This document shows positions 8,202 through 18,385 of a stretch of DNA of 64,000 bases, piece by piece; position 1 is the stretch's first letter, and the number at the start of each line of letters is the position of its first letter. This DNA comes from an uncultured bacterium. GTDB lineage: Bacteria; Auribacterota; Tritonobacteria; UBA1439. The position numbers and the translations under genes were made by a program. Below the pieces are notes generated by a model. The model worked only from the letters and a program-made list of their open reading frames with translations, had not been told where the DNA came from and ran no database searches. The stretch is taken from contig CAYWRA010000002.1 of NCBI GenBank assembly GCA_964460305.1, forward strand, positions 3,089-67,088. Direction: 5' to 3'.

Positions 8202-9571
8202 AGCACATCGATGAAGCAAGGATAAACGATCTGATTGAATGCGCCGGCAAGACGAGCGAAGCCGGGATCGATCGCATTCTTGCCAAGTCACGTTCGCTGA
8301 AGCGGCTGACGCTTGAAGAGGCGGCCGTTCTCCTTGCGACGGAGGACAGGGCGCTCTCGGCCCGGATTTTCGAAGCGGCGCGTTTTGTCAAAGAGGCGGT
8401 CTACGGAAGGCGCGTCGTGCTTTTCGCTCCGCTTTATATCAGCAACCACTGCGTCAATAAATGCCTTTACTGTGGATTCCGCTCGGACAATAAAGCAACC
8501 AGGCGGCGGAAGCTGGGTATCGAGCAGATACGGCAGCAGGCGCGTTGGCTCCTCGCGCGCGGCCACAAACGCATATTGATGGTCGCCGGAGAGGAGGGCG
8601 GGAGCGCGGACTACTACGTAGAGGCAATGAACGCCATCTATGAAGAACGCGTCGGCGCGCATCGGGTAAGACGAATCAACGTAAACTGCGCGCCGCTTGA
8701 AATAAGTGAATTCAGGAAGTTGAAAGCCGCCGGCATCGGCACGTATCAGGTATTCCAGGAAACGTATCATGAGGCGACATACCGCGCCGTGCATCCGGCG
8801 GGCCCCAAATCCGATCCGGACGGTCGTATTGACGCGATCGACCGCGCCTGCGAGGCGGGAATAGACGATATGGGCATGGGGGTTTTATACGGCCTTTATG
8901 ATTACCGCTTCGAGACGCTGGCGTTGCTTTCTCACGTCGAGTGCCTGGAAAAACGCCATGGTTTCGGCCCGCATACGATTTCTGTCCCGAGGATAGAACA
9001 TGCCGCAGGCACGGAATTCAGGGTTCCTCATCCGGTATCGGATTTTGATTTCAAGAAAATAGTCGCCACTCTCAGGCTCTCCGTTCCATATACGGGGATG
9101 ATACTATCCACTCGCGAGACGCCGGCTTTGCGGGATGAGCTATGTAACCTCGGCATATCGCAGATAAGCGCTGAATCCAGAACGTCTCCGGGAGGATATT
9201 CTTCGGACGACAACAATGCCGATAGCGACGTTCAGTTTTGCGTAGGCGACCAGCGCAGCCTGGATGAGATGGTCGGCATCCTTATAGGCAAGGGGTATAT
9301 ACCCAGTTTTTGCGCCGCATGTTACCGCCGGGAGCGCACCGGGCGCGCTTTCATGAACCTGGCAAAACCGGGATTGATCAAACACAAGTGCAGCTTCAAC
9401 GCGCTGGTGACTTTAAAAGAATACCTGGACGACTTCGCTTCCGCCGGCGTCAAAGAGGCCGGTTATGGCTTAATAGGGAAAGCGCGGGAAAGCCTGAACG
9501 CAGAGGCGCAGTTTGAATTAAGCGCGCTTTTCCGTGAGATTGACGAGGGGGCGAGGGATCGTTATGTCTGA
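8198..9571 (+). CDS. hydG: [FeFe]-hydrogenase maturase HydG (radical SAM)
   Basis: The product has the radical SAM motif CVNKCLYCGF and the C-terminal CxxCx22C motif CAACYRRERTGRAFMNLAKPGLIKHKC. Confidence 0.8.
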   Translation: MKHIDEARINDLIECAGKTSEAGIDRILAKSRSLKRLTLEEAAVLLATEDRALSARIFEAARFVKEAVYGRRVVLFAPLYISNHCVNKCLYCGFRSDNKATRRRKLGIEQIRQQARWLLARGHKRILMVAGEEGGSADYYVEAMNAIYEERVGAHRVRRINVNCAPLEISEFRKLKAAGIGTYQVFQETYHEATYRAVHPAGPKSDPDGRIDAIDRACEAGIDDMGMGVLYGLYDYRFETLALLSHVECLEKRHGFGPHTISVPRIEHAAGTEFRVPHPVSDFDFKKIVATLRLSVPYTGMILSTRETPALRDELCNLGISQISAESRTSPGGYSSDDNNADSDVQFCVGDQRSLDEMVGILIGKGYIPSFCAACYRRERTGRAFMNLAKPGLIKHKCSFNALVTLKEYLDDFASAGVKEAGYGLIGKARESLNAEAQFELSALFREIDEGARDRYV

Positions 9572-10655
9572 GGCGGTTGCGGTGCTTGACGACATAATGA
9601 AGAAGGTTTACGAATTTCCCGGCGAGAGCCGTGAAGAAATCGAGCAACTCCTTTTATTGGAGGATAACGCCAGGATAGAGCGCCTGTTTTCATTCGCCGA
9701 TAAAGTGCGGCGTAAATTCATGGGTGACGGGGTCCTCTTGAGGGGGATAGTGGAATTCTCCAACCGCTGCTCGAACACCTGTTTCTATTGCGGCCTGAAT
9801 GAGAGGAACTCCGGCATCGAGCGTTACGTAATGAGCATCGATGCAATACTCGGAGCCGTCGGCGTCTTGAGCTCGGTGAAAATAAAAACGGTGGTCTTGC
9901 AGTCGGGCGAGGATGAATGCCTCGATCCCCTCTGGCTCGCCCGCCTTATCGGAGAGATAAAGAAAAACCACGGCCTGGCCGTCACCCTTTCCGTCGGCGA
10001 GAAATCCCGCGATGAATATAAGCTATGGCGTGAAGCGGGAGCGGACAGGTATCTGTTGAAAATCGAGACGACAGACCCTCAAGTTTATTCCGCCGCCCAC
10101 GACGGCAGGCGGTTGGCGGCGCGATTAAAATGCCTCGATGACCTCATCGATCTTGGGTACCAGACTGGTTCGGGAATGTTGATCGGGTTAAGGGGGCAGA
10201 CCGTCGGTTCCATAGCCAGGGATATTTTATATCTCAAAGAGAAAGAATTCGACATGATCGGGATAGGCCCTTTCGTTCCTCATTCGGGCACCGTTTTCGC
10301 AAACGATCCCGCAGGGGACGTCAGGTTGACGCTAAAGGCCCTGGCAATAACCCGCCTGGTTACAAAGAATGCGCATATACCGGCGACGGCGGCGATGGGG
10401 AGCATCGGCGGGCACGATTACAGGGTGGACGGGCTTAAAGCCGGCGCTAACGTCCTGATGCCGAATTTCACTCCCATGAAGTATAGGAAATTGTATGAGA
10501 TATACCCGGGGAGGATTTGCATAAACGAAGCCCACGGGGCGTGTGTATCGTGTATGGGCGCAAAAGCGGCATCAGCCGGGCGGTTTATAGATTATTCGGC
10601 GGGCCATTCGCTTAAAAAACACCGGGCGCTGAACCCTGGAGGAGAAAATGAATAG
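9564..10655 (+). CDS. hydE: [FeFe]-hydrogenase maturase HydE (radical SAM)
   Basis: The product has the radical SAM motif CSNTCFYCGLN. The start overlaps the hydG stop (ATGTCTGA). Confidence 0.75.
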   Translation: MSEAVAVLDDIMKKVYEFPGESREEIEQLLLLEDNARIERLFSFADKVRRKFMGDGVLLRGIVEFSNRCSNTCFYCGLNERNSGIERYVMSIDAILGAVGVLSSVKIKTVVLQSGEDECLDPLWLARLIGEIKKNHGLAVTLSVGEKSRDEYKLWREAGADRYLLKIETTDPQVYSAAHDGRRLAARLKCLDDLIDLGYQTGSGMLIGLRGQTVGSIARDILYLKEKEFDMIGIGPFVPHSGTVFANDPAGDVRLTLKALAITRLVTKNAHIPATAAMGSIGGHDYRVDGLKAGANVLMPNFTPMKYRKLYEIYPGRICINEAHGACVSCMGAKAASAGRFIDYSAGHSLKKHRALNPGGENE

Positions 10656-11871
10656 CACACCTCTTAGCAACAGATTGCACATAGGCATTTTCGGCAGAAG
10701 GAACGTCGGCAAGTCTTCTCTCATAAACGCCCTCACCGGCCAGGCGGTGGCTATAGTTTCCGAACTCCCTGGTACTACGACGGACCCCGTTCATAAGGCC
10801 ATGGAGATACACGAGATAGGCCCGGTGGTGGTGATAGATACCGGCGGGCTTGACGACGCCGGCGCGGTCGGGGCAATGCGCGTCAAGAGCGCGTACAAGG
10901 TGCTTGCCAAAACGGACGTTGCGCTACTCGTCGCGGACAGGAGCGAGCCACTTGGGCCGTGCGAGCGCGATTTTATAAACGAAATTGAAGCGAGGCGGAT
11001 CCCGGTAATCATAGTCGTAAACAAAACGGACGAGGGAAGCCCCGATAACCGGCTGATGAGCGAAATTAGTTCGCTGAAGCTTCACCATGTATGTACAAGC
11101 GCGCTCACGGGTAAAGGCATGGCGGAGCTGCGCGGCAAGATAGTCGAGTGTACGCCCAATGATTACGAGAGGAAAACCATCTTAAGCGATCTTCTGTCTC
11201 CCGGGAGCCTTGTGCTTATGGTGGCGCCTCTCGACATGGAAGCCCCGAAAGGGCGTCTCAAGCTTCCACAGGTCCAGACCATCAGGGACATTCTCGACAA
11301 TAATTGCTCCGTCCTTATGACCAAAGAAACCGGGCTGGAAAGGGAGCTCAACACCCTCCGGAAACCGCCGGATCTCGTTATCACCGAGTCACAGGTTCTT
11401 AGCGCCGTCGGGGCGGTTCTTCCCCCCGACATTCCCCTTACGACATTTTCCATTTTATACGCCAGGTACAAATGCGAGTTGGATACGCTCCTCCGCGGGG
11501 CCGAGGTAATAGACGAGCTGACCCCGGCTTCGAAAGTTCTTGTCGCCGAAGCCTGCACGCATCACCCCATTGGGGATGATATCGGGAAAGTCGTTATCCC
11601 AGGGCTACTTAATTCCAGGTTCCCAGGGATCAGTATCGAGCATGTTTCCGGCTTTGATTTTCCGGCTTCTCTGGACGGTTATTCCCTCGTTATCCACTGC
11701 GGCGGTTGCATGATAAACCGGAGGGAGATGATGGGAAGGATGGCCGCCGCCGCGGGGGCTTCCGTCCCGATTACGAATTACGGGCTCTTTCTCGCCCATA
11801 TGCACGGCATGCTCGACCGGGTCACAGCGCCATTCGGTCGCTTAGCCGGCATGACGAAATCGATTGCATGA
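10648..11871 (+). CDS. hydF: [FeFe]-hydrogenase maturation GTPase HydF
   Basis: The product has a P-loop, GRRNVGKSSLINALTG, and the C-terminal cluster-binding motifs CTHHP and HCGGC. The start overlaps the hydE stop. Confidence 0.8.
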   Translation: MNSTPLSNRLHIGIFGRRNVGKSSLINALTGQAVAIVSELPGTTTDPVHKAMEIHEIGPVVVIDTGGLDDAGAVGAMRVKSAYKVLAKTDVALLVADRSEPLGPCERDFINEIEARRIPVIIVVNKTDEGSPDNRLMSEISSLKLHHVCTSALTGKGMAELRGKIVECTPNDYERKTILSDLLSPGSLVLMVAPLDMEAPKGRLKLPQVQTIRDILDNNCSVLMTKETGLERELNTLRKPPDLVITESQVLSAVGAVLPPDIPLTTFSILYARYKCELDTLLRGAEVIDELTPASKVLVAEACTHHPIGDDIGKVVIPGLLNSRFPGISIEHVSGFDFPASLDGYSLVIHCGGCMINRREMMGRMAAAAGASVPITNYGLFLAHMHGMLDRVTAPFGRLAGMTKSIA

Positions 11872-12295
11872 CTGCCTATCCGCCAGCCGCTGATGGTATA
11901 CCTGGCCTACAAGCAGGCAAGGTTTCTTATGCTTCGTTCATGAATGATCCAGGTTAAAAAGATCCCGGGGCCCGTCTTTTTCATCAAAATGTTCCGGGCT
12001 GTTCTTTGCGGAACAATAAATTGGGCTGGTCGAGTATGATGCGCCTGAATGCTACGGCGCATAGATCAGATATTCGTCGGGGGCCGTAATGAGGCTCCCG
12101 GCCACAGGGCCCTTGTCCCATTCGGCAAGTCTCCCGGCGGTTATGTGCGCGCCGGCGGCGGAACCCTGCGTGATGGAGTTGGAGGCCGACAGTCGCGGAT
12201 TTTTTGCTAAGTAGGGTGAGTTTTTTCGGACCCATGACGCCGGCGGTGTGAGTCCCCACTCGGTCGCAAGAAAATTCGATGGATCAGCCAGATAA

Positions 12296-12472
12296 GACTC
12301 TCCTAGGAGCCTGTCCGAGTAATGCCTAAAACAGCCTATTTTGGGTATTACTTAGACAGAGGCCAATTTTAGGCTTTGTAACCTATTGCATATGAGACAG
12401 TTGTAATGTTGATTTTTGTGTGTTGTCCAAGTAATAGGAAAAAATGTATTACTCAGACACTCTCCTAGAGAG
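12296..12472 (+). mobile_element. ~175-bp MITE-like element with two internal hairpins, copy 1
   Basis: The element begins with the palindromic CTCCTAGGAG. It contains the hairpins ctgtccgagtaat...attacttagacag and tgtccaagtaata...tattactcagaca. A reverse-complement copy lies at 60074-60245. Confidence 0.6.
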
Positions 12473-12550
12473 GCGAGCACTACACCGGTATTGTACGTCC
12501 ATTATCGATCGCCCTCCCCCTATTTCTCCCATCCGAACAATCGCTGATTT

Positions 12551-12652
12551 AGCCTGATCTATTCATCAACTTTGCTCGGTTGATGAATATCCTACCGTAG
12601 CGCAAATAGTCACGCAAAACTGCCACATTCCGCGCCAGACTAGTCGGTGCGG
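12551..12652 (+). repeat. Repeat family A, copy A2, with ccgcgccagactagtcggtgcgg palindromic extension
   Basis: agcctgatctattcatcaactttgctcggttgatgaatatcctaccgtagcgcaaatagtcacgcaaaactgccacattccgcgccagactagtcggtgcgg. Confidence 0.8.
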
Positions 12653-12690
12653 GGCTTAACTACAAGTCAAGACCGCCCCTGCCGTCATAC

Positions 12691-14088
12691 TTAATTACTT
12701 GCCTTCCAGGATGAAACGCAACTCACCCGGCGATCGTATTCCCTTGAAAGGAGGAGTGCGACGAAGAACCAGCAAACAAGAAGCACCCCGGAAAATACAC
12801 TTGCAAAAGTGACATACAGAGCAAAACCGACAGCCGCATCGCCGGCGCGCGTCTGAAAAACTTTAAGCAAAGCGTTGACGCCCGAGCCGCCCGCCTTGGC
12901 GCTGCGCGCGCCGAACATTTCAATCCACGCCTGGGTTTTGTACTTGGCGGCCGGAGAAGTGGGAATATAGAGTTGTTTTAAGGAGGGGGAGTTAAGGGCG
13001 TAATTGAGCGCTTTGCCGGCCACCATGATCCAGAAAAGCAGAACGAGCGAGGGAGTCAATTTGAAACCTATTACCATTATCCCGATCACGAATGGCATCG
13101 CGCACATGGCCGTTTTCATCCCGAGGCGGCGCTGCACGTTGCCGATACCCAGTGCAAGGCACAAAAACGTTACCGTATTCACCGCAGTGCCGTAGTCACC
13201 AAGCAATGACGCCGTAGCCTGATGACCGACGGCGTTTTGAAACACAAGCCGCTTGAAATTGAAATCAAATATTGTAACGATCACTTCGTAAAAAGCTATG
13301 ACCAGAAATATACCGAGCAGATAGCGGTCCCTGACCAACAGCCGCAGCCCTTCGGTAAGACCGGCTCCGCCCTCTCCGCTGGTTTGCGGCAAACGCGCCT
13401 CTTTTACGGGCGCTGGAACGGATTGCCGCGCTAATCTCATGGCGAACTGGCGAATTATCATCACTATGGCCAGCGTGCTGACTGCGCATATTGCCACCAG
13501 AGGCGCACAACTGTGGAAACCCAGCAGTGCCGGCAAATCAGTCGACTGCGGGCCCAAAATCCCGCCGACCTGGCCGAACATGACGATCAACGGGAAGGCT
13601 TTTTTCGCGCATTCGGCGTCGATTGAATCCGAGGCATATGCCCAGAACAACGCGATCATCAGCGACCCGTAAAGCTCAACAAAGACATACCACGCCCAGC
13701 CGATCCACCGGTCCGTAGCGGCCATCGTATTAGCCAGCCCCAGCGTCGGATGGACGAACAAAAAACTGAAAACAAGCAGACCGCATGCCAGAAATCCGCC
13801 GATCACGTTAAAAAGCGACTGCCTCTTGACCCGGTCCACCAGACGGCTATAAAGCATTATCATGGGAATCAATACGCAAACGGAGAGTATCTTTGCCCAT
13901 GCCAGCGGCGAAGCATCCTTATGCCGGCCGTCACCGATTATAAACGCCTTGAATAACGCGTCCTTTAACGGCCGCAACGTCCAGTAAGTGCCGATGATCA
14001 GGGCGAAGGCCGCTCCCAGCAGCAGGGCGCGGATGATTTCTTCGCGCGTAAAATCTCCATACCATTTTGCCAGTAATCGCTTAATCAA
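12691..14088 (-). CDS. TLC-family (ATP/ADP translocase, Npt-like) nucleotide transporter homologue
   Basis: The product has the TLC N-terminal motif YWTLRPLKDALF (compare Rickettsia Tlc YSTLRSIKDSLV). It also has IGWAWYVFVELYGSLMIALFWAYASDSIDAECAKKAFPLIVMFGQVGGILGP, matching the TLC FAELWGS...LFWxFAN...EAKRFY core. About 12 TM helices are predicted. Confidence 0.65.
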   Translation of the reverse strand: MIKRLLAKWYGDFTREEIIRALLLGAAFALIIGTYWTLRPLKDALFKAFIIGDGRHKDASPLAWAKILSVCVLIPMIMLYSRLVDRVKRQSLFNVIGGFLACGLLVFSFLFVHPTLGLANTMAATDRWIGWAWYVFVELYGSLMIALFWAYASDSIDAECAKKAFPLIVMFGQVGGILGPQSTDLPALLGFHSCAPLVAICAVSTLAIVMIIRQFAMRLARQSVPAPVKEARLPQTSGEGGAGLTEGLRLLVRDRYLLGIFLVIAFYEVIVTIFDFNFKRLVFQNAVGHQATASLLGDYGTAVNTVTFLCLALGIGNVQRRLGMKTAMCAMPFVIGIMVIGFKLTPSLVLLFWIMVAGKALNYALNSPSLKQLYIPTSPAAKYKTQAWIEMFGARSAKAGGSGVNALLKVFQTRAGDAAVGFALYVTFASVFSGVLLVCWFFVALLLSREYDRRVSCVSSWKASN

Positions 14089-15278
14089 GGCATCCTTCCT
14101 TTTTTAAATTTCCGTATCTCATTTTTGATTTCTTCCCATTTATAAACCAAAACCAGATACGAGCCTTGATCCGCGACCGCTATCAACGGTTGCGGATGCT
14201 CCGCGCTGCCGGGAAAGACCGCCACCGAGTCGGGAGACAAATAGGATCCGAACCATCCCACCAATCCATCCGAGATGCCATCAGTCAACCTTTTCCGGCA
14301 CTTCTCCGCATCCGTTTCATGCAAAACGGTACTGCGCAAATCGAAAATCAACAGGTGCCCATAACAATTTTCGGGCGGGGAATCTCCGCCTTCATCGACT
14401 GCAAGAAGATAGCCATCAATTATGGCAAGCCCCTCTACCGATGCCGAAAACACCGATTGCCCGATCGGTTTGCCTGTCATAGCATCCGTTCCCCTTCCGA
14501 TTGATTTGCCCGTCCATTTCCCTGTCGCAAGATTGAACGCCTGAATCATGCCGTCCCATTCGCTGGCCAGGAAAAGCACTCCTTTCGATTCGTCAATGGC
14601 AATTCCCTCGGCTCTATTCAAGATACGCCCATTGTCCGGGCGTGTTGATTGAAATTTCCAATTTAAATCCGGCCTGAAGTCCGGAAGGTATCGGCGTACT
14701 TCCCCTGAAAGACCGTCGACAACATATATGCGCTTCTTTGAGTCACAGGCCATTCCGCAGAGATGTTTGAACCCTTCTCTGTTCAAAATCGGCGGACCCA
14801 TCGCCTTGAACGTCGCCGGTGAATCCGCCGATCGTCCGAACCGGTAAATCTGATTGGCCTTTGCATCGCTTACCAGGAAGCATTTGTCCGACAGGGTAAC
14901 GATATCTACGACTTCACCATTCAAAAGGCCGGGATCACCCGCCGCCCCCAGGTGTTTGCCGGAATAGGGATCGAAAATCTGCACCCTGTGATTCATCGCA
15001 TCCGTGGCCAGCAGCAATCCATCCCCGGTAAACGCCAAACCGTCGGGGGGATTGATGGCGGATAAGGAAGCATCTGCCTTGCCTGTTCCAATCTTGCGGA
15101 AAGGGCGGACTTGCAGCTCACGCGCCGGGGGTTTGCATTGTTCCATCGATTGTGGGGCGGAACTTTTTTCTGACAGGCCGACGGATAGACCCATGATCAA
15201 AAAGGCCTGCATCAGTCCAAAACAAACCGCCGTTTTAACGCCGGCGTTACGCAGGGATCTGCGCATCAGTTTTTTCAT
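14085..15278 (-). CDS. Secreted NHL-repeat beta-propeller protein
   Basis: A signal peptide is present. The product has repeated NHL-type segments (HRVQIFD, GIAIDESKGVLFLAS). Its stop overlaps the start of the TLC gene. Confidence 0.55.
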   Translation of the reverse strand: MKKLMRRSLRNAGVKTAVCFGLMQAFLIMGLSVGLSEKSSAPQSMEQCKPPARELQVRPFRKIGTGKADASLSAINPPDGLAFTGDGLLLATDAMNHRVQIFDPYSGKHLGAAGDPGLLNGEVVDIVTLSDKCFLVSDAKANQIYRFGRSADSPATFKAMGPPILNREGFKHLCGMACDSKKRIYVVDGLSGEVRRYLPDFRPDLNWKFQSTRPDNGRILNRAEGIAIDESKGVLFLASEWDGMIQAFNLATGKWTGKSIGRGTDAMTGKPIGQSVFSASVEGLAIIDGYLLAVDEGGDSPPENCYGHLLIFDLRSTVLHETDAEKCRKRLTDGISDGLVGWFGSYLSPDSVAVFPGSAEHPQPLIAVADQGSYLVLVYKWEEIKNEIRKFKKGRMP

Positions 15279-15545
15279 TTTCCGAAATTCGCTATCTCAA
15301 TGCATGGGCAACAAGTAACATGCGAATTTACTTTTAACAGCCTTGCAATCTCATAGTTTAGCATGACGAGTTGCTTTATATTATTCCATTTTTGCATCAT
15401 CAATAAATGATCCCATCCAACGACATATCGCAGATCATCGCATGTTTTCAGCCGATTATAGTGCACGGGCGGGTCCTTATAGCGCCTTTATCATACTTCC
15501 AGGTTGCGACCCATTTATAACGCATCCTTGTGACTTTCCTAACCT

Positions 15546-15584
15546 GGATTATTCATCTCGTTTGAAATGCGAGATGAATAATCC
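15546..15584. terminator. Perfect 14-15 bp stem hairpin (ggattattcatctcg/cgagatgaataatcc)
   Basis: This inverted repeat lies between two minus-strand genes. Confidence 0.4.
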
Positions 15585-15696
15585 ACCCTACGGGCCGCAC
15601 CAGGCCCCGAGGGGGCCCCGTTGGGGCGTACCTGCTCGGTGGTCCACTCAGTGTATACTAACCCTGAACTACACCGGGTGAGCCAACACACATGAT

Positions 15697-16386
15697 TTAT
15701 TCGTCTTCATCTTCATCAAATACCCATTCTCCGAACAATGTACGATTCCACGCGTCGTCCCTCGCGGCCAAGCTAACCCTCGGCAACGACCACGCGCGCC
15801 AAATTGCCACAACTCGGATGACAATCGTAATGGTCATTCCAAGGAAAAAGCCGGTGAGCTCACCGAATCCCAGGAATTGTCTGGAGATCCACAAGGCGGC
15901 CGCACCAAAAGCCACAGCGGTAATATATATCTCCTTATAAAGAACAAGGGGCATCTCGCCCAACAGCACGTCACGCACTACCCCGCCGCCGGCCCCGCTT
16001 ATGCCCGCGACGAACATCGCCCATAGAAAGCCGAGGCCGCTCTGCAATGCTATTGTCGCACCGATGGCGGAGAATATGCCAAGGCCCAGAGCGTCAAAGT
16101 ATCTGAAAAAGGCCCCCTTTTCAGCCAGCTTCCTGGGAAATACGGCCGCGACCAGCGCGCTCGCGAGTATCACGACAGGGTAGCGCCAGTTGCGCAGCAT
16201 CGCCGTCCCGCCGCCGAGGAGCGCGTCACGGATCATCCCGCCGCCGATTGCTGTAGCCCCGGCCAGAATGGTGATGCCCACCAGGTCGAGCCGGCGGCGG
16301 ATCGCCCGTAGCGCCCCCGAAAATGCAAAACTGGCGATGCCTATAAGATCGAGCGCGCGAATTATGCCGTTTGGGGTTATGTACAT
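15697..16386 (-). CDS. UPF0126 (YicG/YadS-like) duplicated-domain membrane protein
   Basis: The product has two Gly-rich TM repeats, GITILAGATAIGGGMIRDALLG and GMFVAGISGAGGGVVRDVLLG. Confidence 0.5.
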   Translation of the reverse strand: MYITPNGIIRALDLIGIASFAFSGALRAIRRRLDLVGITILAGATAIGGGMIRDALLGGGTAMLRNWRYPVVILASALVAAVFPRKLAEKGAFFRYFDALGLGIFSAIGATIALQSGLGFLWAMFVAGISGAGGGVVRDVLLGEMPLVLYKEIYITAVAFGAAALWISRQFLGFGELTGFFLGMTITIVIRVVAIWRAWSLPRVSLAARDDAWNRTLFGEWVFDEDEDE

Positions 16387-16703
16387 AAAATAAGTGTCCT
16401 TTCCCGTTTATTGACCTGATCTATTCACTAACCACTTTATCCACGGATTGTAACCACAGCGAAAAGTTGAAAGCAAAAAGTTCAAAGCGCAGTTACATTT
16501 CCGGACTCTTGGCTTTAAACCTTAGGCTGTTTTTACATCCCCCCGAAGGGGCCCCCCGTTGGGGCGCACTATCCGCGGATCCCTCTCTTCGTTCGTGGAC
16601 CAACCGATTCACCAGCCGAGAACGGCACTGGCCATTTGTAAATCATCAGAACCGCACAAGCCAAATTTATAAGAAATCCATATGGAAATCTATAAGAAAA
16701 GCG

Positions 16704-16732
16704 TTGACATGGCTTGCCTAAGTGCTACTATT
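16704..16732 (+). promoter_or_regulatory. Sigma70-like promoter TTGACA-N17-TACTAT upstream of nikR
   Basis: The sequence is gcgTTGACAtggcttgcctaagtgcTACTATtatc. The -10 element is ~38 nt upstream of the nikR ATG. Confidence 0.4.
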
Positions 16733-16769
16733 ATCAAAATTGTACTACCGTTTAATCGTGGGGATTGCC

Positions 16770-17183
16770 ATGACGCACGTAGCGAGGGTCGGTGTTTCGT
16801 TGGAGGAAGATCTCCTGCGCAAATTCGACGAAAGCATAAAAAGAAAGAAGTATACCAATCGCTCGGAGGCCATCCGTGATTTGATCCGCGACGATCTGGT
16901 AAAGGCCGAATGGCGTGAAAATAAGGAGATCGCAGGCGCGATAACCCTTATCTACGATCATCATAAAAGAGAACTGGTGAACAAACTCATGGACATTCAG
17001 CACGATTTTGGGAGCGTGATAATCTCCGCCCAACACATCCATCTCGATCACGACAACTGCCTTGAGATTATCGCGGTGCGAGGCAACCCCAGGAAGGCCA
17101 AAGAGCTGGCCGATAATTTGAAATCGGCAAAGGGGGTAAAGCACGCAACCTTGAGCATGGCGACCGCGGGGAAGGATATCTAG
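16770..17183 (+). CDS. nikR: Nickel-responsive regulator NikR
   Basis: The N-terminus has a ribbon-helix-helix, VGVSLEEDLLRKFDESIKRKKYTNRSEAIRDLIR. The C-terminal metal-binding domain carries the high-affinity Ni-site residues HIHLDHDNC. Confidence 0.8.
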   Translation: MTHVARVGVSLEEDLLRKFDESIKRKKYTNRSEAIRDLIRDDLVKAEWRENKEIAGAITLIYDHHKRELVNKLMDIQHDFGSVIISAQHIHLDHDNCLEIIAVRGNPRKAKELADNLKSAKGVKHATLSMATAGKDI

Positions 17184-17209
17184 CCGGGATATATTTTTTG
17201 CCCGGCTAG
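17181..17209 (+). terminator. Hairpin tagccggg-atatattttttg-cccggcta after nikR
   Basis: An 8-bp perfect stem with a T-rich loop lies immediately downstream of the nikR stop. Confidence 0.4.
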
Positions 17210-17433
17210 TAACACTAAAATTACATTGGTAGCAACATTCAAGGATTTTCCGGATTAAGGCTATGAGGGGGCGGCATAAAGTCTGAAATAGTTATTATAA
17301 ACGGCGACCCCGCCGTCTCCTTTGAAAGAATGCGGCGGGGCGCCTGAACCTGGAGGCTGTTACATCCCCAAGTTCGGAGCCATTTTACCATATCCTCCGG
17401 CTTGCCGGGTGTAAAGATCGGAGGTATGGCGAG

Positions 17434-18342
17434 ATGTGGAAAAAAGTCATATGGATGTTGGCATTGTGCGTTGCAAGAGGATGGATTTTTCTCATACCTT
17501 CTCTTATGTATGCGCAGGAGTTTGATGCTGAGCCGCGCGAAGCGGAGGTCAAGGAGGAGATTGCGAAGGCCACAGAGCCCAAAGAACAATTATTTTGGAT
17601 GGATCAGATCCCTCCCCTTGAGCGGGCTAATCGCGGCCTTGACCGCATCGAGGAGGTGAGCCCCCTCAAATTCGGAGCCGAGAGTCAATTCCTGAGCAAC
17701 TGGCTGAATGAGGGTGGGGACTGGGCCAAGAACGGCGTCCAGATTGAGCAGGCATATTTTACGGAGTGGACTCACAAGCTGGGCGATTTCGAGGGCGGCG
17801 CGGGCTTTCAATATTTTCAGATCGACAGCACATGGAAGGGGATAAAGCCAAGCACCATGGAGCGGGACTTCGTTGCCTACTCGCCGCTTTCGTGGAAGAT
17901 ATTCTCGCTCCAGCCGTACTGGAAGTACATCTACATCGATGGCATGGGGAATCCCGACTACACCGAAATCGGGAGCGAGTTCACTCTCGATGTGCCGCTC
18001 AAACCAACATTTACATGGAACCATGATTTCAGCATTTATACGGGCACCTATTATGAATGGTCCATCTCCCACGACGTCAATATATCCGCAAACGGCGAAC
18101 GGATTGCCATCTTCACACCCTCCATGGCAATGGGTATGGATGCCCACAAATACCAGGCCCACACCACGCTGACACACATCGACTGGGGGCTTGAGTTGTC
18201 TGTGCCGCTTAACCGGCACTTTATTGTCACGGGGATGCTCCACTTCACTAAAAGCCTTGCTCATGGCGACTACTCGGAGGAAAACGATGTCTTCCACGAC
18301 ATCCTTCCCTGGGCGGGGCTTAAGTTATCGATGGAGTTTTAA
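17434..18342 (+). CDS. Secreted putative outer-membrane beta-barrel protein (candidate metal-uptake porin)
   Basis: A signal peptide, MWKKVIWMLALCVARGWIFLIPSLMYAQE, is present. The product shows alternating hydrophobic beta-strand periodicity and a C-terminal ...LKLSMEF ending in Phe. It lies between nikR and cbiM on the same strand. Confidence 0.45.
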   Translation: MWKKVIWMLALCVARGWIFLIPSLMYAQEFDAEPREAEVKEEIAKATEPKEQLFWMDQIPPLERANRGLDRIEEVSPLKFGAESQFLSNWLNEGGDWAKNGVQIEQAYFTEWTHKLGDFEGGAGFQYFQIDSTWKGIKPSTMERDFVAYSPLSWKIFSLQPYWKYIYIDGMGNPDYTEIGSEFTLDVPLKPTFTWNHDFSIYTGTYYEWSISHDVNISANGERIAIFTPSMAMGMDAHKYQAHTTLTHIDWGLELSVPLNRHFIVTGMLHFTKSLAHGDYSEENDVFHDILPWAGLKLSMEF

Positions 18343-18385
18343 ACTGTCCCAGGTAATAACGGAGCGCCTTAAGGAAGGAGAACAA

